Notes: generated from the letters alone by a model not told the origin. Numbered from the stretch's first letter, positions 28,289 through 37,615 are shown. The stretch: DNA of 64,000 bases from Alphaproteobacteria bacterium (GCA_965227515.1 CBDDFZ010000001.1:2656001-2720000), one strand, 5' to 3'. A program made the numbers and translations.

Positions 28289-28921
28289 GTGGTCTTGACG
28301 AAGTCGCAGCGTGAATTCGAGGGCAGCAGAGGGGTGCGCAGGCCAGGGTTTACCACTCCGGTAATAGCTATCGCGTTGCTCTGGGCCCACGCTCACGCCG
28401 ATCCCGCTTGGGCGGAAGAGGACGGGGAGCTGACGCAAATGGCCGTACCGGTGCAAGTTCGCATCGATCGCCTAACGTCTGACGTGACGGTAGTCGAAAT
28501 TGCCTGCGAGCTGTACTCGTCGTTCGCCAGCACAGACCAGGCCATTGCCGAAGGCAGTTTCTTGCTGGCGCGAGCCGGCGTTGGCGATGTACTTGGCCCG
28601 GATACAGTGTTCGACGGCAATTCCATATCTGAGAACCTATCGGTAATGGTCGCCTCGATCGAGGGTGCCGTGTCCCTGGAAGCGTGGACGCACGGTATGT
28701 GCAGACTGGAATTCCACGGAGAATTGGCTGGCTCGGGCGAGTCGTCGAACGATGTTCTCACGACGTCGTCAGACGTAGAAATCGCAACGGACTGCCAAGG
28801 CGGCGCTTTGGGTGCCGCCTCATTTATTGGCCACTGCGTCTGGCCAGGCACCAATCCCGACACAGCCGAGATCACGTTCGAACGGCCCGGTGTGCTGACA
28901 AGCGTTGTCGACGACATGTAG
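28289..28921 (+). CDS. Secreted 4-Cys beta-rich protein, paralogue C
   Basis: Signal-like ..DPAWA; ACELYS, WTHGMC, DCQG and GHCVWPGTNP...FERPGV motifs. Confidence 0.75.
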   Translation: MVLTKSQREFEGSRGVRRPGFTTPVIAIALLWAHAHADPAWAEEDGELTQMAVPVQVRIDRLTSDVTVVEIACELYSSFASTDQAIAEGSFLLARAGVGDVLGPDTVFDGNSISENLSVMVASIEGAVSLEAWTHGMCRLEFHGELAGSGESSNDVLTTSSDVEIATDCQGGALGAASFIGHCVWPGTNPDTAEITFERPGVLTSVVDDM

Positions 28922-28966
28922 CCGGGCGATCGGTCGCTGCCAATGAGATCAACGTCCTGCACAGGC

Positions 28967-30016
28967 ATGCACCGCGTCCGGCGCTGGCCAGGAGTGCTGG
29001 CCGCTGGGATGGCATTGGCCTTACCGCACCAAGCCAACGCCGAGGATAACGACCAGTCTGTCATCTATCTGGACGGCGCGCTCTTCTTCGAGGGCTGGGC
29101 CATTGACACCCCGCTCGATCTGGACGGCACGCTGAAATTCGATGGTTTTGGCGGCCGTGAGCTGACCGGATCGGTCGGCACGCTCACCTTCACGGGACTT
29201 GGCGGCCCGGCAATCGATGACAGCGTCGGCATTCTTTCATTCACCGGCCTGGGTGACCCTGAGATCGAGGACAGCATTGGCACTTTGTCGTTCACTGGCC
29301 TGGGTGACCCTGAGATCGAGGACAGAATTGGCACGCTCGCCTTCACCGGTTGGGGAGGGTCGCTGGCGCCTGAGGGCATTCTGGAACTCGGTATGCGCGG
29401 CTGGGGCGTGGACGGTGGACCGGGTGATACGCAGGACCTGGCCATGAAAGGTTGGGGCGGCGAGGCATCGCCCGATGGCTTCAGAGATCTCGTGTTCCGC
29501 GGTTGGGGCGATGCCGCGGCGTCATGGGACGAGGTACAACTCCGGTTCTTCGGCCTCGGCGTCCTGCCGCCGCCATGCAGCCCGGCTGACTATGCGAGCG
29601 GTAATTTGGTGGCGCGGCCATCCCGCAATCCGGCCAACGAACACCATTATCAGCGCTTCACGTGCATCACTGACTGGTGGTCGGCCCACCAGGCGTGCGA
29701 CTCCGTCGGCGCCCATCTGGTCACAATCGTGTCGGCGGAGGAGCAGGACTACGTCGCCGCACTCGCCAGGGGGTGCGATGACCCCGGCTGCTGGTTGGGC
29801 GGCACGGACAGCGACGTCGAAGGCAGCTTTCGATGGGTGACCGGGGAGCCCTTCGGCTACCGAAACTGGAAGTCCGGCGAACCCAACGACGATTGCGACG
29901 GCGAGGACTTCCTGCACATTCGCACCGGCGGCGACTGGAACGACCAGGCGCACGACGGCAGCTGCCACAATTGGGGGCTGATGCAGTACATCTGCGAGTG
30001 GGAGGCCCGCGAGTAG
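28967..30016 (+). CDS. Secreted protein with ten 17-aa repeats and a C-terminal C-type lectin domain
   Basis: Signal peptide ..HQANA; lectin motifs W..A...C...GAHLVTI.S.EEQ, WLGGTD...EG.FRW.TGE, NW..GEPN, WND and YICE; alternative start 28943. Confidence 0.85.
   Translation: MHRVRRWPGVLAAGMALALPHQANAEDNDQSVIYLDGALFFEGWAIDTPLDLDGTLKFDGFGGRELTGSVGTLTFTGLGGPAIDDSVGILSFTGLGDPEIEDSIGTLSFTGLGDPEIEDRIGTLAFTGWGGSLAPEGILELGMRGWGVDGGPGDTQDLAMKGWGGEASPDGFRDLVFRGWGDAAASWDEVQLRFFGLGVLPPPCSPADYASGNLVARPSRNPANEHHYQRFTCITDWWSAHQACDSVGAHLVTIVSAEEQDYVAALARGCDDPGCWLGGTDSDVEGSFRWVTGEPFGYRNWKSGEPNDDCDGEDFLHIRTGGDWNDQAHDGSCHNWGLMQYICEWEARE
29069..29578 (+). repeat. In-frame 51-bp x10 repeat (xxxxLxFxG[W/L/F]Gxxxxxx)
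   Basis: Strict 17-aa register; 29-bp identity between 29246-29274 and 29297-29325. Confidence 0.85.
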
Positions 30017-30049
30017 CCTCGCGACCTGTGCGGTTCTGCGCGAAGCCAA

Positions 30050-30076
30050 GCGAGGGGGCGCGTCAGCACGTCGCTG
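30050..30076 (+). repeat. Right copy of the 27-bp direct repeat
   Basis: Identical to 26178-26204. Confidence 0.9.
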
Positions 30077-30164
30077 CCACGCCCCTGTCGCTCGCCTTAA
30101 CGGCCCGCGAGGCTCAGCTCATGATTTCCGGAAGTGGCCGATGGCCAAGCAGGTGCGGGAGCAC

Positions 30165-30527
30165 CTACTTCGCGTACCAGTTTCCGTCCTGGCCGAGCAG
30201 CATGGTGCCTGCCGGCACCTGGGCATAAATCCGTTGGGCGGCACGAATGCCGACCTGCGCCACCGGCGCGCCTGTCTGGTTGGCGGCCGACTGATAGGCG
30301 GCGCGGCGCTGCGCGTTGATCTCCTCGACCAACTGGCGCACGCTCGCCGGAGCGTTGGCGTCCAGCAACTGGACGAACCCGTCCGGCCGCTCGCCGATCT
30401 GCCGGGCCGAATAGGCATCCAGCAGGGGATTTGCCAAGGCCGCGCCGGTAAGCACGACCAGGGCCACAAGCGCCGCCGTGCTGCCTTGCACGATTCGGCG
30501 TAACGCTGTGCTGATCATCTGAGTCAT
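30165..30527 (-). CDS. ydbL: YdbL/DUF1318 family periplasmic protein
   Basis: Signal peptide; IGERPDG, LV.EINAQRRAAY and G.W motifs; follows ynbE and ydbH. Confidence 0.8.
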   Translation of the reverse strand: MTQMISTALRRIVQGSTAALVALVVLTGAALANPLLDAYSARQIGERPDGFVQLLDANAPASVRQLVEEINAQRRAAYQSAANQTGAPVAQVGIRAAQRIYAQVPAGTMLLGQDGNWYAK

Positions 30528-30775
30528 TGGCTTTCTCCCGGTAAACCAAATAGCTCCGGCTGATCTGCAAAGATGTCGTCCAATGCCTGGTCGACCTTCA
30601 ACAGCACTTCCTGCTCGATTGTGATTTTGACTTCGAACACGTAGGGCCCTTCGGGCAATTGGATGCAGGCTGCTGTCGATCCCATCAGCATGCTGGCGAA
30701 CACACACGACCGCCAACATAGCGTTCGCAACAGGTAGCGATCAAATGCGTCGGAAATGGGGTTATTGAATGTCAA
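30524..30775 (-). CDS. ynbE: YnbE-like lipoprotein (start uncertain)
   Basis: Lipobox-like STAAC and V.ITIEQEV.LKVD..LDD......ELF; lies between ydbH and ydbL. Confidence 0.7.
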   Translation of the reverse strand: MTFNNPISDAFDRYLLRTLCWRSCVFASMLMGSTAACIQLPEGPYVFEVKITIEQEVLLKVDQALDDIFADQPELFGLPGESQ

Positions 30776-30787
30776 AATGGGGCGCCC

Positions 30788-33700
30788 CTAGTCCGCAAAC
30801 TCGAAGGTGGACTCCCCAAAACTGCTGTCATATCCGGACTCTAGGATCATTTGTTCAATTTCGGGCGGCAGGCCGAATCCGATCAGCGTATTGCGGATCA
30901 AGTCCTCCAATTCGCCATCGACGTGCAGCGTCAGATCCACATCCTCGCCGTCAAAGACTTCGGGATTGCGCCCCAGGATACGAAAACTTGCCGACAGGTC
31001 GCCGGCCACCGGGCGCATCATGCGCAGTTCCAGCGTATCGTACTGAAAATCCTTGATCAGATCGATCAGCAAGTCGACGCCCAGGTTTTCGTCGGCGAAC
31101 GCGTTCAGGTCCGGGCCGCCATCATAGCGGATAACGCCCGGGCTCTCGGCAATCAGGAACGCCTCCGGAATCACCAGATCGCCGCCGACCACCAGGATCG
31201 GAATCTCGCCGTTCAGCTTGCCGGTGGCCTGGATGCCGTCGAGCTGGGCCATCAGCATCAGGTCTTCCAGCTCCACGCCGACAACGTCGAGGGCGAATTC
31301 CTGGCGATCGGCGCTGAGGTCGATCCAGGTCTGGTCGGAGACGACGGTGCCGCCGGCCAGCCGGATATCGGCGCCGAGTATGTGGATGATGTCGGGCTCG
31401 TCGATCTGGAAGATGATCTCGGCGTCGTTCATCGGCAGGCCGGGGTCGATGCCCGACGCACGGATCACCTGCACCGGCGCGGTCTGGATCGGCCAGAGCT
31501 CGGTCAGGCGCACGTCGCCGTTCACCTCCTCGAACGCCACGCCGTCGAACTCGGTCGTCACGTCGATCAGGCGCAGGTCGACCTGCGGGGTGGTACCTTG
31601 CTCGGTCCAACTCACCGTGCCCGAGGCATCCAGCGTGCCGGTGGTGCGGGTCAGGCGGTCCAGCTCCGGGATCAGGTCGCCCGGCTGCAGCAGGCCGGGC
31701 GCGAATTGCAGGTCCAACAGATCGAACTCCGCCGAGCCGCGGTTGCCGGGCTCGATGACGTGGCGTCCCGAGTAGTCGAGCACGAGTTGCACCGAGTCAT
31801 CGGCCAGCCGGCCATTGAAGCCGATCACGTCGTCATTGGAGTAGGTCATATTGTAACGCAGGCTCATCGGCGGCAGCACGTCGGCCAGGTCGTCGGCGAC
31901 CACGCGGCCGGCGGTGCTGGAGAGCCTGAGGAAGATATCGGGATCGAAGTCGTCGTAAGTCAGGTCGAACCGAAAGCTCGACATCGACACGTCGTGGGAA
32001 CTGGAGACGGCGCGCCCGCCGGTGCTGGCAATCTCCATCTGATAGCCGTCGAAATAGCCGCCGGTCATGGTCATCTGCGGCAGCGACAGGGCCAACGACA
32101 TCAGGTCGTTCTCGGAAAGCTTGACGGTGCCGTTCGCGTCGAGCGCGCCGAATACCAGTGTATGGCGCACCGTCGTGCCGCCCTCGCCGCCGAAATCGAT
32201 TTCCAGCGACGGTGTCTCGGACGGCGTGATGCTGATCATGGAGGGTTGGTCGATCTCCACATCGCCGTCGACGTTCAGATAGTCGAAGCGGAACAGAGCC
32301 GGCTCGTCGAACCAGATCGACAGCAGGCCGTCGCTGACGCCGATGTGCCCGACCACATCGCCGGACATGCCGTCGATGTCGACGTCGTCGACCTCCAGCC
32401 CGGACTCGAAGAAGGTGAAGTCGATGGGGCCGGCCAGGCCATCGGCGGTCTCGGCCAGGGCGAACTGGCCGGCCAGCCGGCCGATCTCAAGGTCCAGGTC
32501 GTCGGCCCTGACCGAAACGCCGGAGAGCGCGGTCGACAGGTCCACATCGATGCCGTTCTCGTCATAGGTGACGCTGCCGGCGGCCTCGGCGATGCCGATC
32601 ATGGCGCCGGGCAGGTCGAGCTCGGCGGCGAACACGGCTGCGTCGCTGAGCGCGATCCGTGGGGAGTCCCCCAGCAATGCCTGGCCGGTCGCCTCGATGG
32701 CCAGGATCGGGCCGGTGCCGGTGGCCGCCACGATGCTGAGGTCGCCGTCCAGGCGCGGCACCTCCGCACCCAGGTCCAGCGACAGGCGCATCGGCCGCCC
32801 GCCGCGGCCCTCCAGCGTCATGCTCAGGTCGTTGGCCCAGGCGGCGGCGCGCGCCTGCGCATCCGGGTCGCCGTCGCCGGCATCTGACAGCAGGCCGGCC
32901 AGCAGCGCCGGGTCGATGTGGGCGGCGGCCAGCTCCAGCGGCGCATCGGCCTCCACAACCGCGCGGTCCTCGGCCGGTGCAATGGTCACCGCGCCGATGG
33001 ACGAGGCGCCCGTCACCATGCCCGGAATGGTCACGTCATTGACGATCCAGCTCAACTCGCCGATCGGCTGCAGCGCCTCCAACGCCTCGCTGTCGTCAGC
33101 CAGCGAGGCCAACACGGCAAGTGCCGGCAGGGTGGCGGACAGGGACGCCGAGACGGTTGCCTCGCCGGCGACATCCTCGCCCAGGTCGACCAGCGGCCAC
33201 AGCAGGTTGCGCCCGCTTGTGGACACGGTGACCACCACGTTGGCACGTCCGCCGCCCATGAGGTCGGGCGCGTTCAGCGCGATCGCGATGGTGGAGGCGC
33301 CATCGGCGGCGGTGCCCTCCACGCTCAGGTCGACCGCACGTCCATCGGTCGTCAGGTCGACCCTCACGTCGGTCAGGGACAGACCAGGGGTGCCGTCGCG
33401 CGCCATCAGGTCATCGGACAGCAGGCCGGGCGGCAGCAGGTCGGGGGGCAGGTCCAATCCGGCGGCCCTCAGCGATGCGGCAACCGACGGCCACAGGTCG
33501 CCCGACCATTCCACGTCGACGTCGCCGGTTGCCCCCTGCACCGAGATGCCTTCCATCGAGAGGCTGACATTGTCCAGCACGACCGAGCCGTCATATGTGC
33601 CGCCGCTGGTGATCGCCATCTCGATCTCGGCGTCGAAATTCAATGCCTCCGACAGCGCCAGCACCGTCCCGGCGATGTCGAGCGTGCCTTCGTCGCGTTC

Positions 33701-34255
33701 CGAAACAGTGCCGTCGATGGCGGCCAACATGCGGCCATGGGGCGTGTCGACCTCCACCGAACCGTCCTCGACCGCGATCTCGCGAAACGGCAGCAGGTCG
33801 TCGCCCTCGGCCGGGACCATCGAGGCCGGGGCGAGCGCCTCGTCGTCGCCCTCCGGATCGAACATGCCGTCCAGCGACCCCAGCGACAGCTCGTAGTCCT
33901 CGTTCAGGGTGGCCTGCAGCACCGGCCGCACCGCCCGGAACACCAGGTCCTGCACGTCCAGGTCGATCAGGTCGGTGATGCTGTAGTTGAGGTCGATGCG
34001 CTCGGCGATCAGTTCGTCGTTGTCGCCGATACGCACGTCGGAGACGGTGGCGCCCCCCGGGCCGACCGCATTGATGACCAGACGCGGATTGGGCAGGCGC
34101 GCGTTTTCCAACGCGTCGACGACAATGTCCTCGCCATACTGGTCGACCGCGACATAGGCGCCGGCGACCACGACGACCACCAGGCCGCCCAGTCCCCCCA
34201 GAGTCCACCACAGCCAGCGCAAGCGTCGCCGGCCTTTCTTCGCCTCGTCAGTCAC
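30788..34255 (-). CDS. ydbH: YdbH family (AsmA-like) intermembrane lipid transport protein
   Basis: N-terminal TM anchor; long beta-rich body; C-terminal LAGG, G.L.G.IP, PG.IRY, FQY..L and G.NP motifs. Confidence 0.82.
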   Translation of the reverse strand: MTDEAKKGRRRLRWLWWTLGGLGGLVVVVVAGAYVAVDQYGEDIVVDALENARLPNPRLVINAVGPGGATVSDVRIGDNDELIAERIDLNYSITDLIDLDVQDLVFRAVRPVLQATLNEDYELSLGSLDGMFDPEGDDEALAPASMVPAEGDDLLPFREIAVEDGSVEVDTPHGRMLAAIDGTVSERDEGTLDIAGTVLALSEALNFDAEIEMAITSGGTYDGSVVLDNVSLSMEGISVQGATGDVDVEWSGDLWPSVAASLRAAGLDLPPDLLPPGLLSDDLMARDGTPGLSLTDVRVDLTTDGRAVDLSVEGTAADGASTIAIALNAPDLMGGGRANVVVTVSTSGRNLLWPLVDLGEDVAGEATVSASLSATLPALAVLASLADDSEALEALQPIGELSWIVNDVTIPGMVTGASSIGAVTIAPAEDRAVVEADAPLELAAAHIDPALLAGLLSDAGDGDPDAQARAAAWANDLSMTLEGRGGRPMRLSLDLGAEVPRLDGDLSIVAATGTGPILAIEATGQALLGDSPRIALSDAAVFAAELDLPGAMIGIAEAAGSVTYDENGIDVDLSTALSGVSVRADDLDLEIGRLAGQFALAETADGLAGPIDFTFFESGLEVDDVDIDGMSGDVVGHIGVSDGLLSIWFDEPALFRFDYLNVDGDVEIDQPSMISITPSETPSLEIDFGGEGGTTVRHTLVFGALDANGTVKLSENDLMSLALSLPQMTMTGGYFDGYQMEIASTGGRAVSSSHDVSMSSFRFDLTYDDFDPDIFLRLSSTAGRVVADDLADVLPPMSLRYNMTYSNDDVIGFNGRLADDSVQLVLDYSGRHVIEPGNRGSAEFDLLDLQFAPGLLQPGDLIPELDRLTRTTGTLDASGTVSWTEQGTTPQVDLRLIDVTTEFDGVAFEEVNGDVRLTELWPIQTAPVQVIRASGIDPGLPMNDAEIIFQIDEPDIIHILGADIRLAGGTVVSDQTWIDLSADRQEFALDVVGVELEDLMLMAQLDGIQATGKLNGEIPILVVGGDLVIPEAFLIAESPGVIRYDGGPDLNAFADENLGVDLLIDLIKDFQYDTLELRMMRPVAGDLSASFRILGRNPEVFDGEDVDLTLHVDGELEDLIRNTLIGFGLPPEIEQMILESGYDSSFGESTFEFAD

Positions 34256-34344
34256 CCTGTCCGGTCCACGCGGTTCCTGGCATCACAAGACTTACCGATC
34301 CTTCATGGATCGTCGTCGCAGCCAGCGACAGATGCAAGCCGTAC

Positions 34345-34418
34345 CTAGTGTGGAGGTTTCGAAGCTCGCATGATCCCGGCGACAGGCGCCGTTGCGGACT
34401 TCGGACCCGGAACACTAG
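34345..34418. repeat. CTAGTG...CACTAG palindromic miniature element (degenerate)
   Basis: Same ends and (C/T)GAAG.TCG/ACTTCG core as the 45848 and 45939 copies. Confidence 0.7.
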
Positions 34419-34494
34419 TGCGACCGGACAGTTTCAGGGCGAATCATGCCGAAAAAGCGGCAATGGTGGCCGAACAGGCCAAACCGGAAGAACG

Positions 34495-35262
34495 CTAGAA
34501 CCCGCCGAACGCCCAGATCAGCAGCAGGACGATGACGAAACCGGCGACCGCGCCGACCCATACATAGGGGTTCATGGCGGACGCCGGCTGGGCGGCCTGG
34601 TCCGGCGGCGGGGCCAGCGGTCCGTCGGATGGCGGCTGCGGCGCCGGCTCATCGGGCTCGGTCGTCGGCGTGTCGCTGCCTGCCGGCGGCTCCGCCGAGG
34701 GCGGCGGTGGCGGTGGCGGCGCCTCCGGTGCCGGCTTGGCCTCGGCGGCCGCGGGCGGCGCGGCTTCTGCGGCGGGCGCCGGTGCGGCGTCGTCCGCGGC
34801 ATCGCCGCCACTGCCGGCCGAGCGCGATTCCACGACCTCGGCGAACTTGGCGAAGAACTGGCCGGCCATCTTCTTGGCGGTGCTGTCGATCAGGCGCGAG
34901 CCGATCTGCGCCAGCTTGCCGCCCACCGAGGCGTTGACCTCGTACTTCAGCAGGGTCGCGCCGCCATCGTCTTCCAGATTGACCTTGGCGCCGCCCTTGG
35001 CGAAGCCGGCAGCACCGCCCTTGCCCTCGCCGGAGATGGTGTAGCCGTTCGGCGGATCGATGTCGGACAGGGTTACGGCGCCGGAGAACTTCGCCGACAC
35101 CGGCCCGACCTTCGCCTTCACCGTGGCGGTGAAGTCGGTGTCGCCCTCCTTGGTCAGCTCCTGGCAGCCGGGAATGCTTTCCTTCAGCACCTCCGGGTCG
35201 TTCAACGCTTCCCACACCGCCTCGCGCGACGCTTCGATCCGGTGTTCGCCGGTCATATCCAT
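34495..35262 (-). CDS. coxG: CoxG (SRPBCC) protein with a C-terminal membrane anchor
   Basis: VWEALNDPEVLK.SIPGC, KVGPV.A.F.G and GGKLAQIGSRLID motifs; Pro-rich linker and TM tail. Confidence 0.9.
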   Translation of the reverse strand: MDMTGEHRIEASREAVWEALNDPEVLKESIPGCQELTKEGDTDFTATVKAKVGPVSAKFSGAVTLSDIDPPNGYTISGEGKGGAAGFAKGGAKVNLEDDGGATLLKYEVNASVGGKLAQIGSRLIDSTAKKMAGQFFAKFAEVVESRSAGSGGDAADDAAPAPAAEAAPPAAAEAKPAPEAPPPPPPPSAEPPAGSDTPTTEPDEPAPQPPSDGPLAPPPDQAAQPASAMNPYVWVGAVAGFVIVLLLIWAFGGF

Positions 35263-35316
35263 GGCGGTCTATCCCTCCAACTGCTGGGCCGATCGCTTCG
35301 ACCGGATTTCATAAGG

Positions 35317-37461
35317 TTATGCAGCGGCGTGCGGCCGGGCAAGTCGCGATCGCCAGATACCGAACGCGAACAGCAACACGAACGCCACCGCGCCGGCCAA
35401 ATGGACCCACAAAGTCGTCGGCCAGAACAGGGCGAACGCGACCGCGGCCATCAGCAGGCGCTCGACCAGCGACAGCCGGTATTCCAGATAGCCCTCGATC
35501 GCGCCGATGGCGGCGTACAGGCCCAACATGCCGAACGCGAACACCACCACCGCCTCGCCCCAGTCGCCGGAAAGGATGGGGGAGTACGCGAACAGCAGCG
35601 GCACCAGGTAGATGCCCTTGGCGATCTTCCAGGCTGACAGACCGGTCGCCATCTGCGGGGTCTTGGCGATGGAGGCGGCGGTGAAGGCACACAGGCACAC
35701 CGGTGGCGTGACGTTGCTGTCCTGCGACAGCCAGAAGATGATCATGTGCGCCGACAACAGCGCCGTGGTGATGACGGCCGGCGACAGCGTCTCTTCCTGC
35801 ACCATGCCGAAGAGCTCGCGCGGCAGCGCGGCGATGATCTGGGCCGCTTCCGGCTCGGTCAGTGGGCGTTCCAGCAGCGGCAGCAGGTCCGGCGCGCTCA
35901 GCATCAGCCCCGCGTGTACCGTGCCGGGCAGGTTGCCGGCCACGAAGGCGTCGAGCAGCGCCTGCTCGGTGATCAGCTCGGCGATGGCCGGCGCGGCCAA
36001 GGTCGCGGTCACGATGTAGGCGGCGGTCACCGGCAGGCCCATGCCGAGCACCAGGGAGGCCAGCGCCACCAGCACGATGGTCAGCAGCAGGCTGCCGCCA
36101 GCCCACTGCGTCAGCATCAGCGAGATCGTGTTGCCGATGCCGGTCGTCTGCACCGTCAGCACGATGCCGCCGACCGCGACCAGCACCACGGCCGTGGTGG
36201 TCATGTTGCGCGCGCCCATCACGACGGCGGCGAAGATGCGATCCGGCGTCATGCGGTGCGGGGTCAGCCACGAGACGGCGATGACCGCCAGGATGCCGGC
36301 GCCGGCCGCATATGGTGGGGTGTAGCCGGCGACCAGCAGGCCGATCAGCACGCCGATGGGCACGATGAACGTCAGCCCCCGCCGCGCCACGAGCTGGCCG
36401 AGGCTCGGCACATCGTCCGCCGGGATTGGGCGCAGGTTCTGTTTCTTGGCTTCGATGCGCACGAACAGCGCGACCGACAGGAAGTACATCAGCGCCGGCA
36501 GTGCCGCGACGGCGATGATGGTGGTGTAGGGGATGGCGGTGAAGGTCGCCATGATGAAGGCGCCGGCCCCCATGATCGGCGGCATCAGTTGGCCGCCGGT
36601 CGACGCCGATGCCTCGACGGCGGCGGCGAACCGGGCCGGGAAGCCGGACCGCTTCATCAGCGGAATGGTGATGATGCCGGTGGCGGCGGTGTTGGCGATG
36701 GCGCTGCCGGAGATGGTGCCCATCAGGCCGGAGCTGATGACGGCGACGTAGCCGGGCCCGCCGATCAGCCGCCCCGCGACGACATTGGCGAAGTCGATGA
36801 TGAAGGCGCTGGCGCCCGATGCCACCAGGAAGGCGCCGAACAGGATGAACATGAACACGCTGGTGGCCGAAATCAGCGCGATCTGCCCGAACAGGCCCTC
36901 GTCGGTGTAGAACGCGCGAAAGACCGTGTTCTCCAGCGACAGGCCGGGGAAGTGGAGCATGCCGTCGATCCACTGGCCCCACAGCACCAGGTAGCTCAGC
37001 GCGACGAGCACGATGATCGGGATCACCCAGCCGGTCGACCGGCGCGCGATCTCCAGCGCCAGCACCAGGCAGGCGCAGGTGGCGATCCAGTCCAACGGCG
37101 CCAAGTCGGTGCCGCGGGCATAGATCGCGCTTTCGCCCCAGGCGACGTAGAGCGGTGCGGCGATGGCAAGAATGGCCAGCGGCACGTCCAGCCACAACAG
37201 GCGGCGGTTGCTCAACGCCCCCGGGCCGCGCAGCGCCGGATAGAACAGCACGCCCAGGCAGCCGAAGCCGGCGAAATGGATCGCCGTCTTCCACAGGTCC
37301 GGCACGATGCCGATGGTGTTCCAGTAGATGTGGGCCGCCACCAGCGCGCCGGCGACAACGCCGGCGAATGCCAGCAACTCGACCGGCAAGGACCGCTGCG
37401 TCAGGTCGTATTCTGATGGAGCCTCGGCCGTGGACCGTTCGGTCTCGGTGGCGTCAGTCAA
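35317..37461 (-). CDS. TRAP transporter fused 4TM/12TM permease
   Basis: GTISGSAIAN, EASASTGGQLMPPIMGAGAFIM, LGMGLPVTAAYI and SNVTPPVCL motifs. Confidence 0.92.
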   Translation of the reverse strand: MTDATETERSTAEAPSEYDLTQRSLPVELLAFAGVVAGALVAAHIYWNTIGIVPDLWKTAIHFAGFGCLGVLFYPALRGPGALSNRRLLWLDVPLAILAIAAPLYVAWGESAIYARGTDLAPLDWIATCACLVLALEIARRSTGWVIPIIVLVALSYLVLWGQWIDGMLHFPGLSLENTVFRAFYTDEGLFGQIALISATSVFMFILFGAFLVASGASAFIIDFANVVAGRLIGGPGYVAVISSGLMGTISGSAIANTAATGIITIPLMKRSGFPARFAAAVEASASTGGQLMPPIMGAGAFIMATFTAIPYTTIIAVAALPALMYFLSVALFVRIEAKKQNLRPIPADDVPSLGQLVARRGLTFIVPIGVLIGLLVAGYTPPYAAGAGILAVIAVSWLTPHRMTPDRIFAAVVMGARNMTTTAVVLVAVGGIVLTVQTTGIGNTISLMLTQWAGGSLLLTIVLVALASLVLGMGLPVTAAYIVTATLAAPAIAELITEQALLDAFVAGNLPGTVHAGLMLSAPDLLPLLERPLTEPEAAQIIAALPRELFGMVQEETLSPAVITTALLSAHMIIFWLSQDSNVTPPVCLCAFTAASIAKTPQMATGLSAWKIAKGIYLVPLLFAYSPILSGDWGEAVVVFAFGMLGLYAAIGAIEGYLEYRLSLVERLLMAAVAFALFWPTTLWVHLAGAVAFVLLFAFGIWRSRLARPHAAA

Positions 37462-37615
37462 CGCGCACTCCGCAATTCACACCCCGGCCGATGCCGCCCC
37501 TCTCATTGCCGCCCCTCTGATTGCCGTCGATAAGAACGGCCGCTGCCGCGGCGCACGGCTTGCGCGCGATCTGTGGGCAACGGCCGTTCATTCGTCGATG
37601 CGCCCGAGCGCCCTG

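Larger units (their letters stand above)
26178..30076. mobile_element. Putative small genomic islet (5 genes, no integrase) flanked by 27-bp direct repeats
   Basis: Exact flanking direct repeat; all genes on the + strand within a long minus-strand run; visibly more A/T-ending codons than the flanks. Confidence 0.6.

Noticed and set aside
29222-29325. 29-bp identical repeats as a CRISPR array
   Set aside because: Only two copies, in frame inside a coding repeat, with similar intervening sequences and no cas genes.
28967-30016. C-type lectin gene as a diversity-generating retroelement target
   Set aside because: No reverse transcriptase or template repeat in the window, and differences between repeat units are not adenine-specific.
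21025-35262. Aerobic CO oxidation capability
   Set aside because: Only accessory genes are present; there is no CoxL to inspect for an active-site motif.
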